A stretch of 64,000 bases of DNA. It comes from an uncultured bacterium (GTDB taxonomy: Bacteria; Hydrothermota; UBA3073; NMUJ01; CBEVQO01). A program made the position numbers and the translations under genes. The number at the start of each line of letters is the position of its first letter. The stretch's first letter is position 1. Positions 9,961 to 19,672 of this stretch are shown here, piece by piece. The DNA is taken from the NCBI GenBank assembly GCA_965552055.1, contig CBEVQO010000002.1, forward strand, positions 384,001 through 448,000, in the 5' to 3' direction. Below the pieces are notes generated by a model. It was given only the letters and a program-made list of their open reading frames with translations. It was not told the DNA's origin and ran no database searches.

Positions 9961-10764
9961 TTATTTAACACAGATAGCTAATAAAGATGCTACCTCTCTA
10001 TCGATCTTCTCTACGAAATAATAATCTTCTAAGGTAACATCTGTTGGAAGATTCAAAGTAATGACCTTCCGGATTATTGTCTTCAAACCTGAAGGCATAA
10101 ATCTCCACATCATCTTCAATTTTGAAGGCAATTTTCCACCTTGTCTTATTCTTTCATAATCCTTTGCTTTAGCAGTTCCTGTTAAACCAATAATTTTAAC
10201 CTTTCTGAAATATTTTGATAATAATTCCTTTAATTCATCTTCAGTATATTCTTTTACATGTTCCGGATTCCAGGGTATATTTTCCACTTCTCGGGCTATT
10301 CGATTTGGTGTTGACAGAAAAAAGCATCCTTCGGATTTCAAAATTTCCTTTACGATTTCCAAAAATTCTCCCGGCTTCTTTAAATGTTCAATCAGCTCCA
10401 TAGCAACTGCTATATCAACATTTGATTTTAATTGCGGTAATTTATCGATTAATTCATACACATTTACTTGATAAAAATATAACCCATTTCTAGAATACAA
10501 ATTCTGTGCTTTTTGGATTACTTTTTTATCAATATCTATTCCTATAACTTCTTTCGCATAATGAGCTAAATAATAACTCCCATACCCCTCTCCACACCCG
10601 ATGTCTAACACCGTTTTGTTTTTTACATAATCCTTTAAATAGCGGTATCTTTGCATATGAGAATAGAAAAGAGGCAATCTATCCTTCAAGTGTGAAGGAA
10701 CGGTTAAGATAACATCATCAATTACGATTTTATTAGCGGCTTCCTTATTTTTGCTTACTTTCAT
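9961..10764 (-). CDS. Class I SAM-dependent methyltransferase
   Basis: VLDIGCGEGYG, ELIEH, STPN, HVKEY motifs. Confidence 0.9.
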   Translation of the reverse strand: MKVSKNKEAANKIVIDDVILTVPSHLKDRLPLFYSHMQRYRYLKDYVKNKTVLDIGCGEGYGSYYLAHYAKEVIGIDIDKKVIQKAQNLYSRNGLYFYQVNVYELIDKLPQLKSNVDIAVAMELIEHLKKPGEFLEIVKEILKSEGCFFLSTPNRIAREVENIPWNPEHVKEYTEDELKELLSKYFRKVKIIGLTGTAKAKDYERIRQGGKLPSKLKMMWRFMPSGLKTIIRKVITLNLPTDVTLEDYYFVEKIDREVASLLAICVK

Positions 10765-10768
10765 CTCT

Positions 10769-12961
10769 CTATTTCAATATCAATATTTTCGTAAATTTAG
10801 TCTCTCCGCCTGCCCGTAATCCAACAAAATAAGCTCCCGCTTTTAGATTATCATTTTCAACATCCAAAATTATTCTATTTAGTCCTGCTAATGCTTCTCC
10901 TTCATATAATCGTTTTATTTCCCTTCCCATAATGTCGTATAATGTGATCTTCACATTGCTTCTCTTATTTAAAAGGTAGATTATATTAATTTTATCACCG
11001 CAAGGATTAGGATAAGTCGTAACACCCATTATTTCTCTCTCGCTGACCATAGTAGCTAATTCCACATTACCATTGCAAGCATGTACATTTGTAATCTCAA
11101 TTCCATCTATAGGAACATCATTTACTTTTACTTTAACATACATTGTGTTGTTCCCTCGAGGTAATTTATAACCCCTTGAACTATAGATTACTACTCGCTC
11201 TCCTGATTTAACAGAATTGTAAGATATCTCCATCGCTTCAGCACTGCATTGAATATCTTCAATTTCAAGCTGAGAGGGATTAAAATTAAGATCAAATTGT
11301 AAACCACTTATATCTACTTCACTATTTATTTCTATAGGGATAACATAAATTCCTGTTTTAAGCGGAAGATCTCCTATAGAGATACTTATTCGTCCTTTTT
11401 CCCCTTTTCCCATTTCTTCACCTAAAATGAGACACACTATCCCAATGGCATCCAAAATGTTTATTTCTCCATCCCCTGACGGATATGGTATTACATCTGC
11501 AGCCCACAGCTCATATTCAGTTGGCGGATCTCCTATTCCAAGAATAATATTAATACATCTTACAACATCAAGAACATCTATTTTTCCGTCGCAATTAACA
11601 TCCCCCTTTTTACCATAAGTGAAATAAATAAAACCATCTTCTGGCAACAAGTCCACCGGTTTTGCAAATGGATCACAAGCCACTACATCTTTTAAATGTA
11701 ACAAAGTGCTATCGCCTATTTGGGCATTCGTATTACAAGTAAAGTAAAGTTTCAAAATGTAACCATCTCCAGGTAAAATACATTGATTAGATAAACTATA
11801 AAGTATCACTTTAAGCGAGCCAGGATAAATATGATAATTTAAATCCATTAGTTCACTTCTCAAAGTTAAACTTATACTATCTATTGATATTAACTCATCT
11901 TCAAATTGTAAAGTGAATTGCAACCCTCCTATACTTTGACTTGGATTTATAAGTCGCAAATAAGTAAACCCATTATCTCCCGGTCTACAATAATTATCCA
12001 AAACTACTAAACGATTCTCTGATTCGACCTGTGTTCTATAAACATAATCAAAATATCGATCTCCATTCTCCTCATGTCCTCCTGCAATATAAATATATCC
12101 TTTCCATAAACCCGACTGTAAAAAATGGGCTTTGTAAGGCATTACTCCCACCAATTTCCACTCTCCTAATGAATGATCTTCCTTAATCTCTGCACAATAA
12201 ACTGAATCTATCTCTGACTGATTGGTCGATTTTCCTCCAAAAACATAAATTTTCCCATTATACACTAACGCCGTTAAACCACTCAAAGGTAGAGGTAAAG
12301 AAGTTGTTTCATACCATTCTTTTATAGTATGGTCATCTTCTATTTTTGCATAAAAAACTTTATTCTTTATCCCCACATTATAATCATAACCACCTATTAC
12401 ATAAATATAACCATCATACACAACACAAGCATGACCAACGACTTCTTCGGGCAAAGGTGTAGTTGTTAACCATTCGGCAACCTTTCCATCTTCTTCTATT
12501 TTTCCGTAAAATACAGTGTTCTTTGAATCAAACCAATTTCTCCCTCCTATAACATAAATATAACCATCATAGGCCACAGCATATCCATTATCTCGTGCTT
12601 CAGGTAAGTCTGCCATTCTCTGCCAAGGTTCTAATGAATGATCCCCTTTTATTTTCGCGCAATAACAATCATTGTAAAAACCATTGGGGCCTTGCCCTCC
12701 TATCACATAAATATAACCTCCATAATGAGTAAAGGAAATTCCTTGACGGCGTGACAAAGTTTCTGTAAGTGTCCACTCCAAAAAATTCCCGTCCTCCGTA
12801 ATTTTAGCATACCACACTTTCCCAGTAGTTTGGTAATCGCCAGTAAGTCCACAAAATGTATACACATAATCATCCACTATCACAAAACCAAATTCCGCTT
12901 GAGGCTTTGGTAAATCGCGTGTCTCAAGCCATTGAAGTGATAATAAAATTACCCACCACAT
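10769..12961 (-). CDS. Secreted Kelch-repeat protein with cohesin-like and dockerin domains and T9SS-type CTD
   Basis: About six YIYVIGG Kelch repeats; two GLQFxL cohesin-like modules; GDVNCDGKIDVLD...GDGEINILD dockerin; YPNP CTD. Confidence 0.8.
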   Translation of the reverse strand: MWWVILLSLQWLETRDLPKPQAEFGFVIVDDYVYTFCGLTGDYQTTGKVWYAKITEDGNFLEWTLTETLSRRQGISFTHYGGYIYVIGGQGPNGFYNDCYCAKIKGDHSLEPWQRMADLPEARDNGYAVAYDGYIYVIGGRNWFDSKNTVFYGKIEEDGKVAEWLTTTPLPEEVVGHACVVYDGYIYVIGGYDYNVGIKNKVFYAKIEDDHTIKEWYETTSLPLPLSGLTALVYNGKIYVFGGKSTNQSEIDSVYCAEIKEDHSLGEWKLVGVMPYKAHFLQSGLWKGYIYIAGGHEENGDRYFDYVYRTQVESENRLVVLDNYCRPGDNGFTYLRLINPSQSIGGLQFTLQFEDELISIDSISLTLRSELMDLNYHIYPGSLKVILYSLSNQCILPGDGYILKLYFTCNTNAQIGDSTLLHLKDVVACDPFAKPVDLLPEDGFIYFTYGKKGDVNCDGKIDVLDVVRCINIILGIGDPPTEYELWAADVIPYPSGDGEINILDAIGIVCLILGEEMGKGEKGRISISIGDLPLKTGIYVIPIEINSEVDISGLQFDLNFNPSQLEIEDIQCSAEAMEISYNSVKSGERVVIYSSRGYKLPRGNNTMYVKVKVNDVPIDGIEITNVHACNGNVELATMVSEREIMGVTTYPNPCGDKINIIYLLNKRSNVKITLYDIMGREIKRLYEGEALAGLNRIILDVENDNLKAGAYFVGLRAGGETKFTKILILK

Positions 12962-12978
12962 TTTCCCCTCCTTACTAC

Positions 12979-13005
12979 ATTTTATTCAAAAAATAAAATT
13001 GTCAA
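12979..13005 (-). promoter_or_regulatory. promoter TTGACA-N15-TAAAAT, short leader with SD AAGGAGG
   Basis: Read from sequence. Confidence 0.75.
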
Positions 13006-13060
13006 GTTTTTTTCAAATCTCATTTAATCATAAAAATAATCGCAAAATAAATGAAATACA

Positions 13061-13087
13061 TTGACAAAATGGAAATATAGTTATAAT
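13061..13087 (+). promoter_or_regulatory. promoter TTGACA-N15-TATAAT, apparently leaderless (ATG 13094)
   Basis: Perfect hexamers; ATG 6 nt after -10. Confidence 0.8.
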
Positions 13088-13093
13088 CAATAG

Positions 13094-14014
13094 ATGCAAA
13101 TGTTTAAAAATAAAAAACTTTTGAGAATAATAGGTCTCATTTTCATTTTTTTAGCTTTTTTCTTCCTTATTAAAACTTTTTTGAAAACATGGAAAGAAGT
13201 AGATTGGAGCACGATGGAAATTAAATACGAATTTTTCTTTCCCGCTATTTTCTTTAATTTCTTACAATTCTTAATCAGTACCTTTCTATGGTATTTTTGT
13301 TATTGTCATATTTTGAACCTTAAAATCAAATTTAAAGAGCTTTTGGCAATTAACATTATATCACAAATAACTAAATATATTCCCGGAAAAATCTGGTCTC
13401 CTGCAAGTGCAGTTATATTAACCACCAAATTAGGGGTGCCAATTGAGCAAAGTATAAGTGCCCAAGTATTTTTGACATTCCTTTATATTTTCTCGTCTTC
13501 TATATTATCACTTATTCCAATTTTAATTTTCTTCTCCAAAACCAATTTGTTTTTACTTGTTTTAATAATATCTTTAATTTGCTTTATCACACTTCATCCA
13601 TCAATTTTCAACAGAATAATAAATTTAATTTCCCTGAAACTCAGAAAAAAAACGATTAATGTAAATTTCTCTTATAAGGATATCTTATATCTTTTCTTCC
13701 TTTTCATTTTATCTTTATTCTTTCACAATATAGGATGTTTTTTTATGCTAAAAGCATTCTTTTGGAATCTTATAAAGTTTAAACAAATTTGGATTTTTAT
13801 CGGAATAAACACCGCTGCTTTACTTATTGGCTTTATCAGTCTGCTTCCAGGTGGCCTAGGGGTTCGGGAAAGCATTACATTTTTGGGACTAAAATCACTT
13901 TTTCCGACTTCAATCGCAGTATTGATGAGTCTTTTAATAAGATTATGGGTGGTTGTGTATCTTTCTTTGTTTTTCTTTATCTTTGGATTGAAATTTTTGA
14001 AGAAACATTTGTGA
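13094..14014 (+). CDS. Lysylphosphatidylglycerol-synthase-TM (UPF0104) flippase-like membrane protein
   Basis: KYIPGKIW and PGGLGVRE motifs; multi-TM. Confidence 0.85.
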   Translation: MQMFKNKKLLRIIGLIFIFLAFFFLIKTFLKTWKEVDWSTMEIKYEFFFPAIFFNFLQFLISTFLWYFCYCHILNLKIKFKELLAINIISQITKYIPGKIWSPASAVILTTKLGVPIEQSISAQVFLTFLYIFSSSILSLIPILIFFSKTNLFLLVLIISLICFITLHPSIFNRIINLISLKLRKKTINVNFSYKDILYLFFLFILSLFFHNIGCFFMLKAFFWNLIKFKQIWIFIGINTAALLIGFISLLPGGLGVRESITFLGLKSLFPTSIAVLMSLLIRLWVVVYLSLFFFIFGLKFLKKHL

Positions 14015-14046
14015 AATTTTTATTTTATAAAATTGGAAAAATTTTG

Positions 14047-14073
14047 TTGACATTTTGGTATTTTGAAGATAAT
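14047..14073 (+). promoter_or_regulatory. promoter TTGACA-N15-GATAAT
   Basis: Read from sequence; ATG 8 nt after -10. Confidence 0.6.
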
Positions 14074-14081
14074 AATAGGAT

Positions 14082-15209
14082 ATGGCGCATGCCTATACAC
14101 CTGGGCTGATAATTGCTGAGGAATTCCATGTAAGGAAAGAACGAAGATTACCCATTAAGGGTCAGGTCGTTGTATTTGTTGCCGGCAAAGTAAAAGCAGA
14201 GGATGTTGTTGCGAGGACACAGTTACCCGGTGATGTCGAGCCACTTAATATAGCGGGTATCCTGGGGGTGCCCCCCTCTGATGTGCCCCAGTATTTACTT
14301 AAAAAACCAGGTGACCCCATTAAAAAAGATGAAGTAATAGCAGAAATCAAAAGCTTCTTCGGGCTATTTAAAACTCAGGTGAAATCTCCCATTGATGGAA
14401 TATTTGAAAGCTATTCTACGGTCACGGGACAGGCGATGCTCCGTCATCCCCCTATGCTCGTTGAAATTACGGCTTACATCGATGGTGTTGTTACTGAGGT
14501 TTTTGAGAACGAAGGAGTTGCTGTTGAAACCGATGCTACATTCATTCAGGGAATTTTCGGAGTAGGTGGTGAGACAACAGGAATTTTAAAAAGGGTAGCC
14601 GATAAACCATCGGATGTTATAACTGCCGAAGATATTTCTGAAGATGTTAAAGGCAAAATTTTAATAGGTGGTGCACTTGTTACCGCTGACGCTCTTAAAA
14701 AAGCTGCAAAACTGGGTGCTAAGGGCTTTGTAACAGGTGGCATTGATTCAAAAGATTTAAGAGAATTTCTCGGTTATGATATTGGAGTAGCAATTACAGG
14801 TAAAGAAAAAATTGGCTTAACACTTGTGGTTACCGAAGGTTTTTCAAGAATGACAATGATGGAAAGAACTTTTAAACTTTTATGTCAGCATGAAGGCAAA
14901 AAGGCTTCGATGAATGGCGCAACACAGATAAGAGCAGGGGTTATAAGACCGGAAGTAGTAGTACCCCTTGAGGAAGTGAAACCCAAAAAGGAAAAAGCGA
15001 AAATTGAACAACAAACAGGGATTGATATTGGAACGAGAGTAAGAATTATAAGGGAACCTTATTTTGGCAAGATGGGTAAAGTGGTTGCTTTGCCACCTGA
15101 ATTAAAAGACATTGAAACAGAATCAAAGGTTAGAGTTTTAGAAGTAGAACTTGATACAGGTGAGAGAATTACTTTACCTCGAGCAAATGTTGAAATTATA
15201 CAGGAGTAA
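14082..15209 (+). CDS. Conserved hypothetical protein (barrel-sandwich-hybrid N-terminus, C-terminal KOW-like motif)
   Basis: KKPGDPIKKDEVIA...SPIDG resembles biotinyl/lipoyl-like modules; GTRVRIIREPYFGKMGKV is KOW-like. Confidence 0.7.
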   Translation: MAHAYTPGLIIAEEFHVRKERRLPIKGQVVVFVAGKVKAEDVVARTQLPGDVEPLNIAGILGVPPSDVPQYLLKKPGDPIKKDEVIAEIKSFFGLFKTQVKSPIDGIFESYSTVTGQAMLRHPPMLVEITAYIDGVVTEVFENEGVAVETDATFIQGIFGVGGETTGILKRVADKPSDVITAEDISEDVKGKILIGGALVTADALKKAAKLGAKGFVTGGIDSKDLREFLGYDIGVAITGKEKIGLTLVVTEGFSRMTMMERTFKLLCQHEGKKASMNGATQIRAGVIRPEVVVPLEEVKPKKEKAKIEQQTGIDIGTRVRIIREPYFGKMGKVVALPPELKDIETESKVRVLEVELDTGERITLPRANVEIIQE

Positions 15210-15222
15210 AAAGTGAGGGGGT

Positions 15223-15678
15223 ATGAAAATATCAGCGGTAGCAATTAAAAGCTGGCCAATATTCCATGGCATGACCGAGTCGGATATTGAAGAGATACTA
15301 AAAATATGCGAGATTGTGGACTACAAAGCAGGTGACCAGATAATAAAAGAAAATGGCTTGCCCGTTGCAATGTATATCCTGATAGAAGGTGAATGCAAAG
15401 TTACAGTTAGTCAGAGTGGCAAAGAAATACTTGTTGCAACAATCGGTCCAACTGAAATTTTCGGAGAAGTTGGATTTGTTGATGATTACCCGAGGACTGC
15501 AACTGTTACGGCTACTAAACCTTCAAAAGTTTTATTACTTAGAAAAAGCAAATTTGAGGAACTCGTTGAAAGAAATACAAAACTTGGTTTCAAATTGATG
15601 AAAAATATAGCATATGTTATTGCAAAAAGATTGCGGAAAGTAGATGAAAAATTGAAACAATTACCGATGTATACTTAA
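15223..15678 (+). CDS. Stand-alone cyclic-nucleotide-binding protein
   Basis: FGEVGFVDDYPRTATV phosphate-binding cassette; no HTH. Confidence 0.9.
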   Translation: MKISAVAIKSWPIFHGMTESDIEEILKICEIVDYKAGDQIIKENGLPVAMYILIEGECKVTVSQSGKEILVATIGPTEIFGEVGFVDDYPRTATVTATKPSKVLLLRKSKFEELVERNTKLGFKLMKNIAYVIAKRLRKVDEKLKQLPMYT

Positions 15679-15689
15679 AAGGAGGTAAA

Positions 15690-16172
15690 ATGGACATTGT
15701 AAATTTATTAAAGGGTGTAAAAACTTTTAAAGGATTAAGTGAAAACGCACTCAAACAAATTACAGATATTGCAGAGATAAAGGAATATAATGAAGGTGAA
15801 GTTATTTTTGAACGCGGTAGTGAAAGCGATTCTTTATGTATTCTGGCAGAAGGTCAATGCGATGTAAAAGCACCACTGGGCAACTACACAGAAATCACAG
15901 TTCATCCATTAAATCCCGGAGATATATTCGGAGAAATAGGCTTCCTTGATGGTAAGCCACGCTCTGCTACTATAATTGCAAAAAAGAAGGCAAAAATTAT
16001 AAAAATTCATAAGAAAAAACTCGAAGAATTAATTGAAAAGGACAAAGAAATAGGTTTGATATTGTTTAAAAATTTATCAAAAGCACTTGCAGAAAGAATA
16101 AGGTCAACAACAGAACATTTTCAGAATTTCTATCTGAAAGCCGAAATCTCCTTCATGCAAAAATTATTCTGA
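15690..16172 (+). CDS. Stand-alone cyclic-nucleotide-binding protein
   Basis: FGEIGFLDGKPRSATI; SD AAGGAGG. Confidence 0.9.
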   Translation: MDIVNLLKGVKTFKGLSENALKQITDIAEIKEYNEGEVIFERGSESDSLCILAEGQCDVKAPLGNYTEITVHPLNPGDIFGEIGFLDGKPRSATIIAKKKAKIIKIHKKKLEELIEKDKEIGLILFKNLSKALAERIRSTTEHFQNFYLKAEISFMQKLF

Positions 16173-16197
16173 TATTTCCCGCAAACAGGAGGTAAAA

Positions 16198-17487
16198 ATG
16201 GGCGAAAAAGCAAAGGAGTGGATTAAAAAAGATACAGAATATATATCTCCATCTTACCTGCGTCCTTATCCCCTTGTTGTTGATTATGCGAAGGGAATGT
16301 ATGTATGGGATGTTGATGGCAAGCAATATCTTGATTTCACAGCAGGGATAGCGGTTTGTGCAACAGGTCATTGCCATCCCGAGGTTGTGCGCTCAGCAGA
16401 GGAGCAAGCGGAGAAACTAATCCACATGTCCGGTACAGATTTTTATTATCCTTCACAGATAAAACTCGCTGAAAAGCTTGCAGAAATTGTACCCGGTGCA
16501 CCCAATCGAAGGGTCTTTTTCTGTAATTCTGGTGCAGAAGCGGTAGAAGCAGCCATAAAGCTTTCGCGCTGGTATAAGCGCCGTCCTTACATAATTGCAT
16601 TTTACGGGGCTTTTCACGGAAGGACATGCGGGGCTCTTTCTTTAACCTGCAGTAAAATTGTGCACAAAAAATTCTTTTCACCGCTTTTACCATGTGTAAT
16701 ACATACACATTATGCTTATTGTTATAGATGCCCTTTTAACCTTAAATATCCAGAATGTGATTTTGCCTGTGTATCTTTTATTGAAGATGAGATTTTTAAA
16801 AAATTAGTTTCTCCTGAAGAGGTTGCTGCTGTTTTTGCAGAACCCATCCAGGGTGAAGGCGGTTATATAGTGCCGCCACCTGGCTTTTTTGAGCGTCTTA
16901 AAAAACTTCTTGATAAATATGAAATTTTATTTGTTGATGATGAGGTACAGGCGGGTATGGGCAGAACAGGAAGGATGTTTGGAATAGAACACTGGGATGT
17001 CATCCCCGATATTGTTTGTATTGCCAAAGGTTTAGCATCTGGTTTTCCTATTGGTGCGATGGTAGCGAGAAAGTCGATTATGAGCTGGGAAAGGGGTGCT
17101 CATGCATCAACCTTTGGTGGCAATCCTATCTCGTGTGAAGCAGCTCTTGCAACGATAAGATTGTTAGAAAATGGGCTTGTGGAAAATGCAGAGAAAATGG
17201 GCAATTATTTAATTGAGAAATTGAAAGAAATGCAAAAGAATTATGAAATTATGGGAGATGTAAGGGGAAAAGGTTTGATGGTAGGTGTAGAGCTTGTGAA
17301 AGACAGGGAAAAGAAGACCCCAGCAAAAGAAGAGTGCGATAAAATTCTGCAAAAATGCTTTGAAAAAGGATTATTACTTTTGAGTTGCGGTGAATCGGTG
17401 ATAAGATTCATGCCACCTCTTATCGTTGAAAAAGAACATATCGATAAAGCACTCGAAATTTTTGAGGAAGTTTTGAAATCCATTTGA
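16198..17487 (+). CDS. Class III PLP aminotransferase (4-aminobutyrate/acetylornithine family)
   Basis: NSGAEA, AFHGRT, EPIQGEGG, DEVQAGMGRTG, AKG, STFGGNP. Confidence 0.92.
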   Translation: MGEKAKEWIKKDTEYISPSYLRPYPLVVDYAKGMYVWDVDGKQYLDFTAGIAVCATGHCHPEVVRSAEEQAEKLIHMSGTDFYYPSQIKLAEKLAEIVPGAPNRRVFFCNSGAEAVEAAIKLSRWYKRRPYIIAFYGAFHGRTCGALSLTCSKIVHKKFFSPLLPCVIHTHYAYCYRCPFNLKYPECDFACVSFIEDEIFKKLVSPEEVAAVFAEPIQGEGGYIVPPPGFFERLKKLLDKYEILFVDDEVQAGMGRTGRMFGIEHWDVIPDIVCIAKGLASGFPIGAMVARKSIMSWERGAHASTFGGNPISCEAALATIRLLENGLVENAEKMGNYLIEKLKEMQKNYEIMGDVRGKGLMVGVELVKDREKKTPAKEECDKILQKCFEKGLLLLSCGESVIRFMPPLIVEKEHIDKALEIFEEVLKSI

Positions 17488-17490
17488 TTT

Positions 17491-17982
17491 TCATTTGATT
17501 TCCAGAATTTGCTTTAGGGAGTGTTTATATTCTTTTAGTAAAATGCGATAGGACTTTGCACCTATTTTGATTTTCTCAGATTTTAGAGACTGATAGTGTG
17601 GAACTTTTTTCCAGCTTTTACTAAAAATAACACACTCTATTTTGCAAATGTTATTTTTAATTCCGGAATTTTCAAAAATTGTTTTAAAATTGTGTGATAT
17701 AAAATTAATAGTATTTTCAAATTTCTCTTTTACTTCGCGTGGATGAATATTTCTACTTTTTAACTCCACTAATACTGCTATTAACTTACAATTTCCTATT
17801 AAAATTATACAATCTACTGATTTTTTATCTGCAGGTAACAGTGTATCCCCTTTAATTATTTTATATTTATACTTCTTACCTACTCCGATTTTAATTTTCG
17901 TTTTTCTTGTTTCTTTACATTCTTTAATAATATAATTTTTATATTTATCTTCGATTTTCCTTAAAATTTGTTTACATTTCAT
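17491..17982 (-). CDS. Hypothetical protein, possible PD-(D/E)xK nuclease fold
   Basis: SVDCIIL...LVELKS pattern; Lys-rich; overlaps the ATPase stop. Confidence 0.55.
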   Translation of the reverse strand: MKCKQILRKIEDKYKNYIIKECKETRKTKIKIGVGKKYKYKIIKGDTLLPADKKSVDCIILIGNCKLIAVLVELKSRNIHPREVKEKFENTINFISHNFKTIFENSGIKNNICKIECVIFSKSWKKVPHYQSLKSEKIKIGAKSYRILLKEYKHSLKQILEIK

Positions 17983-19496
17983 AAAGAAGTATCTTCTTCT
18001 TTTAACCGTTCTATTTTTATTAACTCTTCATATAATTCTTTGTGTACCTTCACGAATTCATCTTGAGGTATTCCTTCGTCTTCATTAACTGCTATTTTCC
18101 GTATTATAAAACCATTTTTTGATTTACTATATTTAAATAAATAAACTGCAACTTGTTTGGAAGGTAAAATTTCTTCTTTCGTGTAACCTATCTTTAATAA
18201 TTTTTCCTCATCCAATTTGCTTAAAATAACTAAATTATTAAATTGAGAAAGTGAATGCTCACTGTGAGTGGTAATTAAAAATCGTAAATTTTTTCTCATT
18301 AGTTTCACTATTAATTTACTCAAAACTGTTTGAGATTTAGGATGTAAATGTGACTCTGGCTCTTCCAAAATTAGATAAGTCCCAGGATTTACATTATACT
18401 TCAACAATAAAAGCAATGGAGCTAATTCTACTATCTCTGAAGAACACAGCCATAGTGGTATTTCCTTTGAATTAAAAGAGTAAACAATTTCCGGTAATAA
18501 TTTTTTTTGTTTTTGCTTCAATAAAACATTTCCTCCTATTAAATTTTTTTCCATTTTTTCCGCTAAATCTCTTATCTGACTTTCGCGCTGTTCATGTTTT
18601 ATTCCAACATTAAGAAAAGTAAGCTGAGATAAAAAATAACGAATAAGATAAGGTAAAATCGGAATTCCTTCTGTTTTATCTCTCTTTCTAAATAACGGCG
18701 GAGTTATATATAACTTTGAAGTCAAAGGTTTATATGCCAAAATTAACCCTGAGCGTTCAGCGGGTAAATATTGAAAAGGTATGACAAATTCGGATAAAAG
18801 AAAATAAAAAATTGATTGAAATAAAGCAACTTTTAAAAAAGTTCGGTCCATTCTCTTAGGGTTTTTAATATAATTCTCACCTATTTCTAGAACACAATTT
18901 TTACATTTAAAATTCTCGCAAGCATAAGTGAGACCCATTAAACTATTATGAGGTGCTTGTTCCAATTTTATAAAATTATTTAACTTATCATAATTGAGCT
19001 TATAACGCGTTACTTTCATTTTTTTCAAACTTGCGTTTATTTCAATTTCAACCTCAAAATGTGAACATTTTATTCCAATCTTTCCGGTTTTTGAGTTAAC
19101 ATTAATTAAATTAAAAATCTCTTCATTAAATGTCATTTCAATTGCTTGTTTAATCTTACTAACAAAAATTTTTTTGATGAAAAGATCTAAATTTTTGTTG
19201 CTTTCAAATATTTTAATCTTTTCCATTTTACGAGTGAATTTTAATTCACCGCATTTTGTCATAAAATCCTCTACTAAAGCATCCAATACAACTTTTTCTT
19301 CCTGTGGAAGTTCATCTATGTCCAATATCATTGTTTCTTTAATTTCATTCATCAATGTAAAAAGTGAACCCACAAGTCGAGCAGCGTATGTTTTTCCAGC
19401 GTTATTTTGTCCAATAAAAAGCGTTAGAGGTTTTAAAGTAAATTTTCCTTCAACTATTGGTCCCAGATTCTCAATTTTAATTAAAACTTCCGCCAT
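17979..19496 (-). CDS. ABC-type AAA ATPase (AAA_15/AAA_21-like)
   Basis: IENLGPI, Walker A GQNNAGKT, LPAERSG, Walker B/D-loop ILEEPESHLHP, H-loop ITTHS. Confidence 0.88.
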   Translation of the reverse strand: MAEVLIKIENLGPIVEGKFTLKPLTLFIGQNNAGKTYAARLVGSLFTLMNEIKETMILDIDELPQEEKVVLDALVEDFMTKCGELKFTRKMEKIKIFESNKNLDLFIKKIFVSKIKQAIEMTFNEEIFNLINVNSKTGKIGIKCSHFEVEIEINASLKKMKVTRYKLNYDKLNNFIKLEQAPHNSLMGLTYACENFKCKNCVLEIGENYIKNPKRMDRTFLKVALFQSIFYFLLSEFVIPFQYLPAERSGLILAYKPLTSKLYITPPLFRKRDKTEGIPILPYLIRYFLSQLTFLNVGIKHEQRESQIRDLAEKMEKNLIGGNVLLKQKQKKLLPEIVYSFNSKEIPLWLCSSEIVELAPLLLLLKYNVNPGTYLILEEPESHLHPKSQTVLSKLIVKLMRKNLRFLITTHSEHSLSQFNNLVILSKLDEEKLLKIGYTKEEILPSKQVAVYLFKYSKSKNGFIIRKIAVNEDEGIPQDEFVKVHKELYEELIKIERLKEEDTSL

Positions 19497-19503
19497 CAAT
19501 TAA

Positions 19504-19530
19504 TTTATAGTAAATTTGTCATTAAGTCAA
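19504..19530 (-). promoter_or_regulatory. promoter TTGACT-N15-TATAAA, apparently leaderless (ATG 19496)
   Basis: A TAAATT at 17-nt spacing is also possible here. Confidence 0.55.
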
Positions 19531-19542
19531 GAAATATTTTTA

Positions 19543-19672
19543 GCACAGCCCATTTGCGTTATAACATTTTTTTACGGGTATGCACTTTTAAAAGCGTTAT
19601 ATGGTTAAAAGTGGGGTTATGCGTGGGCTGTGCAAGGGGGAAGGTGGGGACTGGGAGGAGGGGCTAAAAATT
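19543..19672 (+). repeat. GC-rich intergenic element copy A (hairpin plus G-tract tail)
   Basis: gcacagccca (19543-52) pairs with tgggctgtgc (19624-33); tail ggggg aaggt gggg act ggg agga gggg ctaaaaatt. Confidence 0.8.
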
